Assembly: GCF_006345805.1 (NCBI RefSeq)
Contig: NC_042997.1
Coordinates: 160,208,001-160,272,000, forward strand
Length of the DNA: 64,000 bases
Reading direction: 5' to 3'
DNA from: Octopus sinensis
Lineage: Eukaryota
The translations under genes and the position numbers were made by a program. Position 1 is the stretch's first letter. Every line of letters begins with the position of its first letter. The notes under the pieces are model-generated. The model saw nothing but the letters and a program-made list of their open reading frames with translations. It ran no database searches and was not told the DNA's origin. Shown in pieces: positions 15,068 to 27,352 of the stretch.

Positions 15068-17061
15068 TGATTCGTAGACAGGAACTGAAACAAATTCAAT
15101 CGTATAATATGTCTATCTATATGTAGGCTGTGTTGGTCTTTGTCTCTGTGGTTCGCCCTTATTAATGGTTCACAACAACTGGTGATCATTTATTTACAAC
15201 CCCATAACTTGTGGTTTCACAGGAACAATCTGATAAATAAGTACCAGGTTTATCCACATAAAAAAGCACTAGGCGTGTCTCATATTTTGATTGTCCACTC
15301 AGTTGTATCTATCAATCTATCTTGTTGTCTCTATGTGTGTTTGTGTATATCGATATATATATATGTATAAATATGTATATATAGATATAATATATATATA
15401 TATATATATATATAGATATATATATATTCTATATATATATATGTATATAACACCTTAATGGGGTCCTTAACACCAAAATTTTTGTCATTCTTTATGATCC
15501 AAAACTAGGTAAAATGTACTGAATGGATCTTTATGAAATTTGGGAAATTATTATCTGCATAAGGGCCATACTCCCATCACCAATTCAATATTTTTGTGTT
15601 GATGAAATTTAAACCATATATATTAGACACAAATCAAGTAATATTATTAAAATTTCATCTTCTTAACAAGTTAGAAAGACCCCTCCATGGGGACTTAAAA
15701 CCATATTGGTATTTTTATCTAAGCAAAGACGAATACAGTTGTACTCTTGGAAGCTGTAGGGTTACCCGAGCTTAAAAATGGGCAATTGTAATTCAGGGTT
15801 TTAGAACAGTGTGTCAGTTTGCTTTAACATACACTTACATTGCGATTTATGCAATGTTGGAATAATGTGAAGTAAATGAGAGGATCTTTGCCTCCACTGA
15901 TTCAGTTGCAAAGTGTTGAGTAAATATTTGATTGCAGACCTCCTTTCAGTGTTTTATTATCCTGGGTCACGATAGTCCCAGATGGTAATATTAATTTAGG
16001 CTTCCCAGATGGGTGACTGGTTATTCAAGACATTATAGATTGTAGATTTCTTCTGTCCAGTTACGATCTGTAGAGTTGTCATTTGCAAACTCCAGAGTTG
16101 ACACTTTCATTTCTCTTAGCCTCACGTCATACAGTTGTTAATGTTTATTTCAGTTGGGTCACGCCCTTCCAATTGCTATAGATTCGTAATGCATCTTACG
16201 ATTGTGCCTGTCACCTGGATGGTGAGGAATCCTACATTGGGAGTGCTAACGATAGGGTAGAGTGGGTAGTAGATTGGCTTATTGTGATCATTCGTCTATG
16301 GTTCCTGTAGCTTTGCTCTCTTTTACAAAGCCAGTGAACGTATATTCCCTATTTCAAATAAATTCAAACAATAGATATAAGACCCAAGTTAAAAAGAGTC
16401 TCAACAATTCAACTTCTCTGCTTGACATTAAGACACCCACCCCCAACAGGGGCCTTAACTCTCACATTTTAGAGCTCCATGACCTTCATTTTTCAGGAGC
16501 ATAATCCTATTAACAGTTTCAATAGCACTGGAATTTGGGAATATGCGCATAAAAATCAGTAGTATGGGATACATGTGGCACGATTACAATTTTTTAGGGT
16601 GTGTAAAGAGGAAAATAACCCTCATCTGCAATTTAGATGAAATTTGAAACATAGGTATTCCAGTTCAATACAGAAAATATAACAGAAAAGTCTAATTCTT
16701 CAATTGCATGTAACACGGGCAACGCCGGGTATATCTGCTAGTTATAGATAAATTTCTTAATATACATATATATTAAGCACATGTAATAAATTTTAATTTA
16801 AGGGTTAATATGTATTTGTAAAAACCCTACAACCTTGCAACTGCTACGATGCTTATTAACTGGTAATTGAACGGTAAATATGTAAAACAAGATGATCTTA
16901 ATGTTATCACATTAGAATTAAAATTAAAACAATATTCACTTTTCACATGTAAAAGTGTAAAAGAATGCTCCGGGCATGCATTAGGCAAGACATTGAAAAC
17001 ACTCAATGGACCCTAAGTAATGCATGTGTAAAATTTGAATGAAATTGGTTGGGTACTTCTC
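15068..17061 (-). repeat. Inverted duplicate of positions 1-2020
   Basis: Colinear reverse-complement match across four distinct components (family A Helitron fragment, Helitron B, microsatellite, SINE); ORFs 541-741 (-) and 16262-16504 (+) are near-identical. Confidence 0.9.
15428..16741 (+). mobile_element. Second copy of Helitron B core
   Basis: 3' end cacgggcaacgccgggtatatctgCTAG|T at 16714-16742; TC(TA)n start near 15428. Confidence 0.65.
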
Positions 17062-17113
17062 GAGTTTTAGGGATTCCCACATACATACAAACAGCCAGTC
17101 AGACACACATTCT

Positions 17114-17150
<37 letters not shown>

Positions 17151-17156
<6 letters not shown>

Positions 17157-17643
17157 AAGGATGACCATTAGGTAGATATCTATTATACTAGAAGTAGACC
17201 CCCTATAGTCTTACCACTAAGAAAAGATTGTTCTGAAGAAAATTCAGCAAACGCCAGAACGTGAGCAAGCAAGACAAATGAAAAGATGCCAAATATTAAG
17301 ATTAATCGCAAACCCTATTTCATTGTTACCACTTACGTAAAGTCCGCAATTCATCATTGTGATCGTCATAACGGGAGCCTCTTGTATAGTTCTGCAAATT
17401 ATATTTTGCTATGGTGATCACACTGATGAATTGCGGACATTTACGTAAGTAATTACGTAAGTGATAACAATGAAACCTGGTTTGTGATTAACCTTTATAT
17501 TTTGTGTCTTTTCATTTATCTTGCTCGCTTACGTTCTGGCGTTTGCCGAATTTTCTTGAGAACAATCTTTTCTTAGCGGTAAGACCATAAAGGGTCTACT
17601 TCTAGCATAATGGATATCTACTTCGTGGTCATTTCTTCTTATA
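17151..17643. mobile_element. Palindromic MITE with ~215-bp arms
   Basis: tataagaag...cttcttata termini; the left arm is the reverse complement of the right arm around a ~55-bp centre; TA flanks. Related fragments at ~5710-5750 and ~49360-49590. Confidence 0.85.
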
Positions 17644-17828
17644 TGTATGTAATATAAATTTTCTGAATCTTCCGAATTTTCAATAAGCTAGGCCACTGGT
17701 TTTAAATTGATATTAATCAAATTAATATTCAATTTTTCAGCCTTATTATCTAAATTTATATATGAATATATATATATATATATTTATATATTTGAAAGAA
17801 TGGAGTTGAACGACGAATTAACAAAATT

Positions 17829-17923
17829 CCTTTATTTTCGACATATGTTTCGAAGGTTGCATATTCCTAATTGCGAAGGAATAAGGAGTACATTATGCCG
17901 CTTTCTCATCAGGAAAAGCAAGG
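17829..17923 (-). ncRNA. Type I hammerhead ribozyme (predicted intact)
   Basis: ccttgcttttc-CTGATGA-gaa...ttc-GAAAC-ATAT-GTC|gaaaataaagg. Stem I is 5 bp + 2x2 loop + 4 bp; stem III is palindromic (ACATATGT); GUC cleavage triplet. Confidence 0.8.
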
Positions 17924-18828
17924 AACTTATGTCAACATCAAAATGCACAAAAAACTTTCAGATGATTGCTCACACGAAGCCCATAGCTGTAATGAGTGTC
18001 TCTTTAAAATATTCCTTTATAAGGAGTGACGTCCAAAGTGGTTGAAAGTAGAAGAATCTAGAAAGGTTCTAAAGTTCAAGGGTTCAAACGAAGTTGGAGG
18101 AGAGAGGCAAAAGAATAGGAAGGTGAAAGGGTGCATCATATGAATGGTTGGATTTTGTTAATTTTCTTTTTGAATGAGTGCCTGTGTGTGTGACTGTATA
18201 TAACTGCATTAATGTGTGTGTGTTTGTATGTGTATGCGTGATTGTGTATGTGGATGGGTAGATGTCCGAAAACAGACAGTGGTGAGGTGAGATTTTGTGT
18301 CTGTGTGTTTGATTGTGCTTACTATAGAAAGAGGGAAATAGAGAGAGAAAGAGAGAGAAAGAGGGGCGAGGTAGAGGGACTAAGGCAACAACCTCACTGG
18401 ATTGGGTAGTAGTTCTTTGAAAGTATAAAAAAGATTTTGTTGACTATGGGGGTGACATATATATAAAAAAGAAATTATATTAATTAAAATTCAAGGGGTT
18501 ATCTATATTAATCATTATACATATGAGTGAAAGGTGTATTTTTGCCAGTGAATGCACCTGTATAACCTCTCGACGATTGTATTTATTATTAAGGGACTTT
18601 GGCGAAACAAAATATGAAAAATTCGGAATTACAGATGCCACAAAGTTTTCTGCCCTTATCAAACGGAAAGGACACCGACAATATGGACCATTCCAGCTTG
18701 AAAGTTGTATTGCTGTCCTTCAGACGCAAAAAAAAAACTAATTACTTAGTCCCGTGCTGTGTGTTTTCTCTTTTCTCGGAAAGTTGAATACTGAAAAGTT
18801 TTTTGTGCATTTTGATGTGACATAAGTT

Positions 18829-18920
18829 CCTTGCTTTTCTGATGAGAAAGCGGCCATAATATACTCCTTATTCCTTCGCAATTAGGAATATGCAGCCTTC
18901 GAAACTATGTCGAAATAAAA
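18829..18920 (+). ncRNA. Type I hammerhead ribozyme, slightly degenerate copy
   Basis: CTGATGA at 18839-18845 and GAAAC-TAT-GTC at 18901-18911; weaker stem I and a 3-nt stem III loop. Confidence 0.6.
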
Positions 18921-19120
18921 AGAATTTTGTTAATTCGTCGTTCAGCTCCATTCTTCATTATATATATTTTCAAAATAAACATACAATTTCCACACGAAAG
19001 CACGTAATCTATGCCCTAGGACACGTAACTGGCAACCGTGTTTTTTCTGATGTGAATTTGCTACCCAGGTATCGGTCAATTCGAATTATCCTTAATAGAG
19101 AATTCATTAAACTACTAAAT

Positions 19121-19144
<24 letters not shown>

Positions 19145-19167
<23 letters not shown>

Positions 19168-19500
19168 TTCACTGCGTGTATGTGTGTGGTTTCCTCTATG
19201 CACAGCCAAAAACGCTGGATCAATCTATACCAAATTTGGCCTAACGGTATTTCATTACTCGGGGAAGGTTTTAGTCTGGGGCAAATTTTGGCCCTTGCCT
19301 ATATAGGGGCCCTAGCTTTTCCCTGCTCACTACACCACCCTTTTGATTTCTTTTGTTTTTTTCAGCGGATTCCTATATTTTCGATAACGAAGATTCCGAA
19401 TATGCAAAAAAAGCATGTTTTCAAAAATTTTGAATTCCTCCCTCCACCCAAATTTTAAATTAACTTTTTCTCAATATTTTCCTTTTTCAATCTACGTGGA
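19145..19500 (+). mobile_element. Helitron/DINE-1-like 5' fragment
   Basis: (TA)n followed by gtgtgtggtttcctctatgcacagccaaaaacgctggatcaatctataccaaatttggc, resembling non-autonomous Helitron 5' regions; no CTAG end found. Confidence 0.4.
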
Positions 19501-20399
19501 AAAATACGGAGCTTAAAAATATGGTAAAAATAATTTTTAATTTTAAATGTTCAATGAATTAAGTATTCCAAAATTGATCCATTCACCCCTCCCCCTCGTC
19601 ACCCTATACTGTTGTCTAAAACTGGAAATGAACTGCCAAAAATCACAGCTAATTGTCTGGAAATTTTCTGTGTGTGTGTGTGTGCGCGCACAAAAAATTC
19701 TACAGCTTATGCGAATGTACAGAGAAAGTAAACAGAAGTATGTTTTACATATCTGTCGCATACGTCGGTTTTGTTTTTTCGCTTTAAAGGTAAACGATTC
19801 TGAGAGAAGCAAACACGATATTGAATAATTCTCCCTCATAGGTCAACAACCCCACCTCTTCTTTTTGTTTTTAAATAAAGATAAACGCTTTTTAATTGTG
19901 ATAATGAAACAAGGGTTTAATCCTTATTGCCAAAATCAATTTTTCTTGCAAAAGAGAGGGTGGCATTTTCTCTCCTTTGCAATAGTTAATTACAAGAGAG
20001 AATATGTTGGTACCAAAAACGCTAAAACTTTACTAACTTCATCGATTCTAATTTCATTTCATACACACTTTCCTATCATTTATATAGAGAATTGGTAAAA
20101 TGGCATATAAAGATAACTTATTTTAATAGAATTTATACCAGTATATTTCTGTAAATATTTTTCTTGCGCACTAAAACCATCACCCAACACCCCAACACAC
20201 ACACTTGCACATATACACACACGGATTCACATGGAAGAATTCCTATTTTGGAAGTAAGTTAAAGTTTTTATTATTTGGAATGAAGAACACAAACATAGGT
20301 GCCGAGCCAGTGACTAAACCTGTGTGATATAATATTGTTTCAATTTTATTCTTTCTCTTTTAATTTTAAAGTGATAACACTAAGATCCCCTTATTTTAC

Positions 20400-20615
20400 A
20401 CATTTACCGTTCAATTGCCAGTAGGTAACAACAATCAAGGTTGCAAGGTATTTACAGTTAAATATTAAACCTTAAATTAACATTAATACATCGATTAATA
20501 TATATATATATAATTATTAAGAAATTTACTATAATAATTATTGTGCCATTTACCGTAAATTAGCAGTTCGAACATGTGCTTCTATTTGGTATTGCTTATA
20601 TTTGGCTCATTTACA
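20400..20615 (+). mobile_element. Uninterrupted family-A fragment (paralogous empty site)
   Basis: gaaattta-ctataa|taattattgtgccatttaccg aligns to 298-312 joined to 6053-6073. Confidence 0.75.
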
Positions 20616-21104
20616 CAAGTTGCTTATATGTGGCCTCTCTTTCAGCTGATCATGTGACCATTTGGCGTCAATGTAAAATATTAATTAATTTTCTCTACTT
20701 CTTCCTCTCTTCTTTCTTCTCTCCTCCTCCATCTGTCACTCTTCACCGCTCACTCACTCCACCTCAACCTCTCTAATTAACTGATGTATAACGGGTGAAT
20801 GAACATGCAGATTATCATATATATACACGTGTGTGTGTGTGTATGTGTTATAATTTAGAACACACAGTGAAAGGTTGTCATTCTAGTACTCGGAGTTGGG
20901 CTTTGATAGGAGAGTCACGCCTTTTCTTTTGTTTCGGGAAACATTTTCGCTTCTATTATATAACAGAGAGACCGAAAAGCAAAATCAGGACGATTATTTC
21001 ATAAGACATAAAGCAGACGAGATTTCTTCTGTGAGGGAAGTGATGATCCTTTAATAACTAGTAAAGCATTTGAAGTTCCATCTATCACAATATTGTAAAC
21101 AAAT

Positions 21105-21459
21105 ATGCTTTGCTTCTCAGTTAGTCACGACATTCATAAAGCAAATCTTTACGTAATTACTTTCTTAATGCTATTATTCCAAATATGTTTGGGCAGTAAT
21201 GTAGCTTTCAGAGAATATTATGGGACTCGTCTTCCACCTCCTCTAACTGCCATTCCAGAAGATGACAAATTAATCCAGATGTCAAACATCCGATCAGAAA
21301 TGGAATGCTTTTCTCACTGTGTGACATATTCCGAATGTGGTATGATTATTTACAGCGTTTCCGAGCAAGTATGTATCCTGCGTAAAATCAAGCAATTACC
21401 TGGTGCCTCATCGTTCATCGACATTCCTGCAAACAGTATTTACACCATGCTACAAGCCC
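21105..21459 (+). CDS. First coding exon of a secreted PAN/apple-domain protein
   Basis: Open 118-codon ATG frame with hydrophobic signal-like segment (LYVITFLMLLFQICLG), PAN-type Cys pattern ECFSHCVTYSECGMIIYSVSEQVCIL, and a canonical donor C|GTGAGT at 21460 (phase 1). Confidence 0.75.
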
Positions 21460-22269
21460 GTGAGTAGTTTTTTGAGATTCTTTTCTATTTTACATGATGT
21501 GTATATATTTATATTTTCCATCAGCCTCTAGTAGACTCTCTTCAAGGAAACCAACGTTCAAAGAATAGTTATGTATTTCTTTTCTATTATTCTTTACTTT
21601 CCACCCATTCTGAATGTTCTAATTGAAGCAGCATCAGTCATATCCCTAACTATGTTTTTGACCTTTTGCTTTCCATATATTTCTTTCAGATTAATTTACG
21701 TTTCCCCTTAAATGTGTTGTTGTTGCTCTTCTTGTTGTTGTGGAAGCTATGGTTAATCCTGATAGAATATGATCAAAGGCATTTCCACCGTAATTATCTC
21801 ATGTGTTTTAGTGCTTCTAGAACATATATCATTATATGTTTCTCTAAGACGAGGATATGATTTCAGTGAGGTTGGCTGTTCGTTATAGAAGGTCGAACGA
21901 ACATAGAGAGATTTCAATTACACTTTTTTCTATTCAACGTAGATGACAGAAAATACATTTTAGGGTACTGTACAGTGAAATTAAACTCAAGATAGCGTCT
22001 TAACCGCGCAATACTCACCACTGTTATCATTCTATGTATTCAAAGTATATGGCATAGCGTGCAACCAGCATTTCTTAATTTAGTCATTTATTACAATATT
22101 ATGGTTGTTTATTTCGTAACCTTGCATGCACTGTCATCTCTCACAGGTTCATTATACTTGCATTTTAATTACACTAACCTTCACACTCATATCAGTGCTG
22201 GATTTCTTAATGAAATACCTCAAAATTTACAAATGAATTATTCTACTGTTTTTCCTGTTCTATCTTCAG

Positions 22270-22364
22270 ACGTAATGTCTTCGCTGAAATCGAAAATAGT
22301 TGTGAACTGTTCATTAGATTTACCCAAATATTCACACAAAACTTCGGAATATCTTGTAGTATAA
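22270..22364 (+). CDS. Candidate short in-frame terminal exon for the PAN gene
   Basis: Strong acceptor ctgtttttcctgttctatcttcag|; phase 1 compatible with exon 1, giving HVMSSLKSKIVVNCSLDLPKYSHKTSEYLVV*. No homology support. Confidence 0.25.
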
Positions 22365-23199
22365 TATAACGAGGGACAGATACTAAGCTGTATTTACCAA
22401 ACATTTCATCTCACATTACATGATATGAAGAAAGCGAGGAAAAAGAGAGAGTGAGACAGCGAAAGAGAGATAGATTGAGAGAGACAGACACACAGACAGA
22501 GGGAGAAAGTTAGCAATGAGTGCGTGCTTGCAGTTTAGCTAACTTTCTACTGTTGACGTAAATCCTTCAAACAAAAGAATCACTTAACCACGTATGCGTA
22601 GCAGGAACAACATTAACTAATCTTATACACGCACAACTCTAGGTAAGTTTCAATAAACGTATAGATTATTGTTTCTAAGATGAGCACTAGGCAGAAACAG
22701 ACCAAATACTGGTGTATCTTTTATCAATACAACTGTCGTATGTTTGCTTTTATGTAATAATATCTATTTCTTTTCAATAGTTTTGCTTTTTTGTGTCATT
22801 GTACATGTTGTCAATAGTTTATTTGCTATCGCCAATATGTTTTACACATACTATTTACTACCATAAATATGCAGCTTACTAGTTGTTGTATCGCACGTTC
22901 GAGGTACGATATAACGGGATAATAATAACGTATTAGCAAATCGTTCCACTCAAGATGCTAGTATTGACCCTCGACAATACGCTACTCTCGGCTTTTTCTT
23001 GCTTAATTCTTTATTAGCACAAAGGCCCGAAACACAGAGCGGACGGTACAGGACAGACAGAACAATACAGGTGGGGAGAAACATTATATGAAAAATGCAA
23101 GTGAAATGGCCACTCGAGTCCCACTTTCGGGTGGTTACATTTAACTGGGGTTTTTTTCAGTTTTTTTTTAATATCAAACTTTCATCAATAAAAATTGTA

Positions 23200-25330
23200 C
23201 TTAATATATTTACTAGTTCAGGTGCTGTATGTCTTTGTAATCTACGACTGGAGGTAGGGTTCTGTTTCCACCTCCTCTCCTAACGGGTCAATTAGTGAAC
23301 CAATATTTCTCTTAATTTTGTGTATTTTTCTCCGTCTATTTATATACATTTGGTGTATTCGGTTTCGCCTCAGCCAGAAATTTCACTCTGAGTGTTTTGT
23401 TTGTCTGCATTTAGGTCTGTATTACTACATGGGGTACTGGGGATGTATTTCTTCCGTTATCACATTTATTCTTCTTGGCTGACTTGGACCACCTTTTCCA
23501 GTCCATAACTCCAACAATTTCAACAATTTCACTTCTAGTTCTTGTGACATGCAATATTTGATTTCTTCCGTTTCATAAGTTATGGCTACTACCAACCATG
23601 CTCCTCTATTTCTGGCGGTATCCTGTCAACCTTAATGCTCACGACTCTTTAACCGCAGTAGGTTGGCAGGAGCGCCCATTCCTGTGATCTCAGAGGTACA
23701 GTGGAGTGATTGATTGCCTCTTCTTCCGTGGTAACCTCACCTGCACTTTGCCGTACTTTCTTCCTCTGGTATAGCAGATGGTTACACTTTTGACATTTTC
23801 TAGGCATATTTCTATGCCTCCTCCGTCACTATCTCAATTTTCTTGCTGGATAAGGACAGCGTTCTGTAGCACATGTCCTCCTGGTACTATGGTCATTTCT
23901 TTGGAGGAGTCAATCGCAGGCTTTCCCCTCCTTCTTGAGCAGCTCCCAGTGACTTCCAATCTTCTCGAGGTCTGTTACTACCTATCGAAGTAGTCTTTTC
24001 GTTTTCTTTTTCTATTTATATTAAAAACTTGTTTACTTGTTTTACCAGTAAACGGTTTCAAATCGTCATAGTCCACGACTAGAGGTGAGTCATCATATGC
24101 CACCTCCACTCCTAATGGGTCTATGTTTGTCCCGAACCATTCCTTTAAGTTAGCATATCTTTCCGTGTCTATTAGTATACGTTTAGTGTTTTCTGTATAT
24201 TCTCAACCGATAATTTCACTCTAATCACCGATTTGAACATGGTGATTTTTCGTTCAATTGCCGTAGATTTTGTGTATGTCACAATAAGCGCTTTGTTTTT
24301 TCAGGGCCCTTTGAGGGACTGTGTGTTATGCTTGTCTGTTTGTCTACAAGGTGAACTCGGACTATCTGGAGTTGATTCCTTTTTTATTGGTGTTACTGGT
24401 GGTGATATTTGCTGTGTGAGTGTAAAGTGTATCGTGTGTTTGCTGTACAATGTCTTCTGTTTTACTATTTTCTTTTCTTTTTTCGACTTTTAGTGGGATG
24501 TATTCACTGTTTCCTTTCTCATCTCTTTTGGGTACTTCTGTAAATCCCTCTTCTTCTCTATCCTCGTACACTTCTCCTGTGCGGGGCTTGTCTTGTCATT
24601 CGGTACTCCGACTTTGTTCATACAGATTTTATCTAGTTTCATTGTTTATCTGGGGGCACTTTTTTATGTGCCCCTTCCGTAGCAAGTGAGGAGTCGCTCC
24701 TCCACTGAAACATTTAGTGTTCCCTCATCTGGGAGTTCAATTACTTCTGGAATCTCGTTCATATCCGCCAGAGTTATGTGAACCAGCAACTCAAGGCCGT
24801 GTCCCCAGCAGTTTAGTTTCTGCGTTATTGTAGCTGAACTATGATGAGCTCTTTCTTTTGTAGTGGATAGGACTGCCGCCGCTATCCATTCTTCTTCATT
24901 TCCGGAGGAATCCTACCAACCCTTACTCTGTTTATTCTTTACCCAAGTAAGTTGGCAGGAGCTTCCATCCTCATTTGCAATAGATACAGTGGAGTTCTTA
25001 ATGCTTCTTCTGTTGAGATGAATCTCACCTCCACTGTACCGAATTTCTTTCCACGAGTGTAAGAAGCTTTTTTTTCCTTAATACATCTTTCGATATCCTA
25101 CTCTTTCGCTACTTCCATTTTTCATTCTTTCGTGTTGAGTGTCCTGTCAATAACAGTTTTCATTTCTATTTCTGCTAACAAGTCTTCAGGCGGAGTCAGC
25201 TTTACTTTGCCTCCTCCTTTTCGGTAAACTTCTTACATTTTCGCAGTTTATCAATAGGTACATTCATTAACCGGCTACTGCTGCGTAGCTTCCACTTTTC
25301 TTTGCACCTGGCATCTCCACCTCCATTCCT
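23200..25330 (-). mobile_element. Two tandem degraded LINE ORF1 (gag-like, probably Tx1/L1-type) fragments
   Basis: Both copies translate with frameshifts to G.V.VR...EEA...STV....W.LLPTY.G.R....V.RIPPE. The right copy has a zinc-knuckle-like TCY..GHIKK.CP near 24660-24700. 23230-23400 resembles 24060-24225. Confidence 0.55.
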
Positions 25331-25669
25331 CGTGCAGATAGAGAAGCACAAAAAGTACAAGCTTGCTTAACAAGCTATGTGTTTAAATTACATTAAAAAT
25401 TCGTCAAACAATTCAACAAAAGTAACAATTTTTAACAAACAACAGTTCAAAGATTCAACAGTTCAAATTAACACCAACTGGGCCGAAACCAAAATTCAAA
25501 TAAATTGTATACAAGATCTAAGAACTTTGGGAAAAATAGCACAATTGGAATTCAACATGGAACTGGAGCAATAGAATGAATACATTACAGAATAATTCTC
25601 ATCCGTCTTAACCTCAGATCGACACACCACCGAGGCATATAGTCATTATAGCCGTATCATGGTGAAATC

Positions 25670-25742
25670 TCTCTCCTCTCTCTCTCTCTCTCTCTTTCTC
25701 TCTCCATCTCTCTCTTTCTCTCTCTCTCTTCTCTCTCTCTCT
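25670..25742. repeat. (CT)n microsatellite
   Basis: Direct reading. Confidence 0.9.
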
Positions 25743-26118
25743 TAATTTTGGCTCGCAGACCCAATTAGCCCCCCGCAGAAAGCTACCTTAAATGTCCGCA
25801 CGGAATACGGCCTTTAAGCTAGTGCTTCTTGCGCCTTTGTTCCGATCCTAGCTCCATTGTATACAGTGATTGTAGTCAAGAGTTGCTCAAAGGAGACGTA
25901 CGTACGTTTAGCTATGAAGAGTTGTTTATTCACTGATATTGTATTTGTTGTGTTTTTTCAAAGTAGACAATAAGTTTAGTCAGAATTAATTTAAAATGTT
26001 CACAGCTTCTTTCAGGAGCTATTAATTTTCACTTGTAATTAATCGTAAAATTAGTGTTGTTTTGTGTGTGAATGGTTAGAAAAGTTTCTTCGCTTTTTCT
26101 ATGTATCTAAACGTACAG

Positions 26119-26430
26119 AACCGTGTTCTATAACTATGTTAAATGTATATAGCCATTTATGTAACTATTAAAGTTAGAAAGGTTACTTCTTTAAGCTTTA
26201 ATGATGCAATAACCTGTTCATAAATATACACGTTCATAAGAGGTGAAAACTATCAAAATAGGTGAGTTTAGCACCAGCTCTTAATCATGCATTTTAATGT
26301 TGCTGGCTTGAATATGGTCTGGTCACACTGTCTTGCATTTTAATGAATAAAGGAACTTTTAGAGCTGCTAACTATGTTGGCGGGAGGTTGAGAGAGTGCT
26401 GAAGAAAAGTAAATTCTAGAAAGAGATTTA
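26119..26430 (+). pseudogene. Possible degraded N-terminal C-type lectin exon(s)
   Basis: After a phase-1 acceptor at 26118: PCSITMLNVYSHLC.Y, then a frameshift to KV....LSFNDAITC. Later LA.EVE.SAEEK*ILERDL. Several indels and stops are needed, so this is tentative. Confidence 0.3.
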
Positions 26431-26964
26431 TTGTGCATGCAAAAGCAAGATGGAATGGAAGTGTCTATAAATTCTACTTGCCAGTGTACAGATACAAACC
26501 ATTTTTAACTGAGGTGTACTTGGTAAGAGACGATATTTCTAAGTCAGTTAATGGTGTTAAAAGCCACCTGAAATTAGAAAAGCTATTACTTTACCGCATG
26601 ATCTAACAGAAGAAAACATATTTCTCTTGCCCACCTATATATAGCTGAATGTCCTACATCAGCCGGCTACACTTACCAACAAGATTGAGATTGTGTTATC
26701 AAATAGGTTCAACGAAAATTCATGGAATGAAGCTGCAGACAATTGCAATAAGGATCGAGGACGACTTATTCACATTAGAATTAGAAGTAATGAACTATCT
26801 AAAAGCACTATTACCATGGGGTGTGCTACATTTTACTATTTTATACACACTCATTCACACAAAAAACTGTCTCTCTCTTTCTCTCACTCTCTTTCTCCTC
26901 TCTCTTTCTCTCTCTCCACACACCCAAATGTAACCAAAATATATATCTAAATAAAACTATAACT

Positions 26965-27352
26965 GTTTACTCTTTTGCCCTTTTCACTTGTTTTAGTCTT
27001 TTCACTGTAGCCATTCTGGAGCAACGCCTTTAGTCGAGCAAAACGATCCAGGACTTATTCTTTGTAAGCCTAGTGCTTATGCTATCGGTCTCTTTTACCG
27101 AACCACTACGTTACGGTGATGTAAACACACCAGCATTGGTTGTCAAGCGATGTTGGCGGGACAAACACAGACACACAAACATATACACACACACGTACAT
27201 ATATATATACATATATACGACGGACTTCTTTCAGTTCCGTCTACCAAATCTACTCACAGGCTTCGTCGACACTTGCCCAAGGTGCCACGCGGTGGGATTG
27301 AACTCGGAATCATGTGGTTGGTAAGCAAGTTACTTACTGCACATCCACTCCT
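26965..27352 (-). mobile_element. tRNA-derived SINE, full length
   Basis: Same family as 45900-46280 and 54724-55115. Confidence 0.85.

Larger units (their letters stand above)
17793..18957. mobile_element. Inverted pair of ~165-bp PLE-LTR-like / retrozyme-like repeats (17793-17961 and 18791-18957)
   Basis: The arms are reverse complements with few differences; each carries a hammerhead motif and ends CA(A/G)CTCCATT next to (TA)-rich sequence. Confidence 0.8.

Noticed and set aside
18523-18741. 72-aa ORF between the ribozyme arms
   Set aside because: Short, no motif or splice evidence; compatible with chance.
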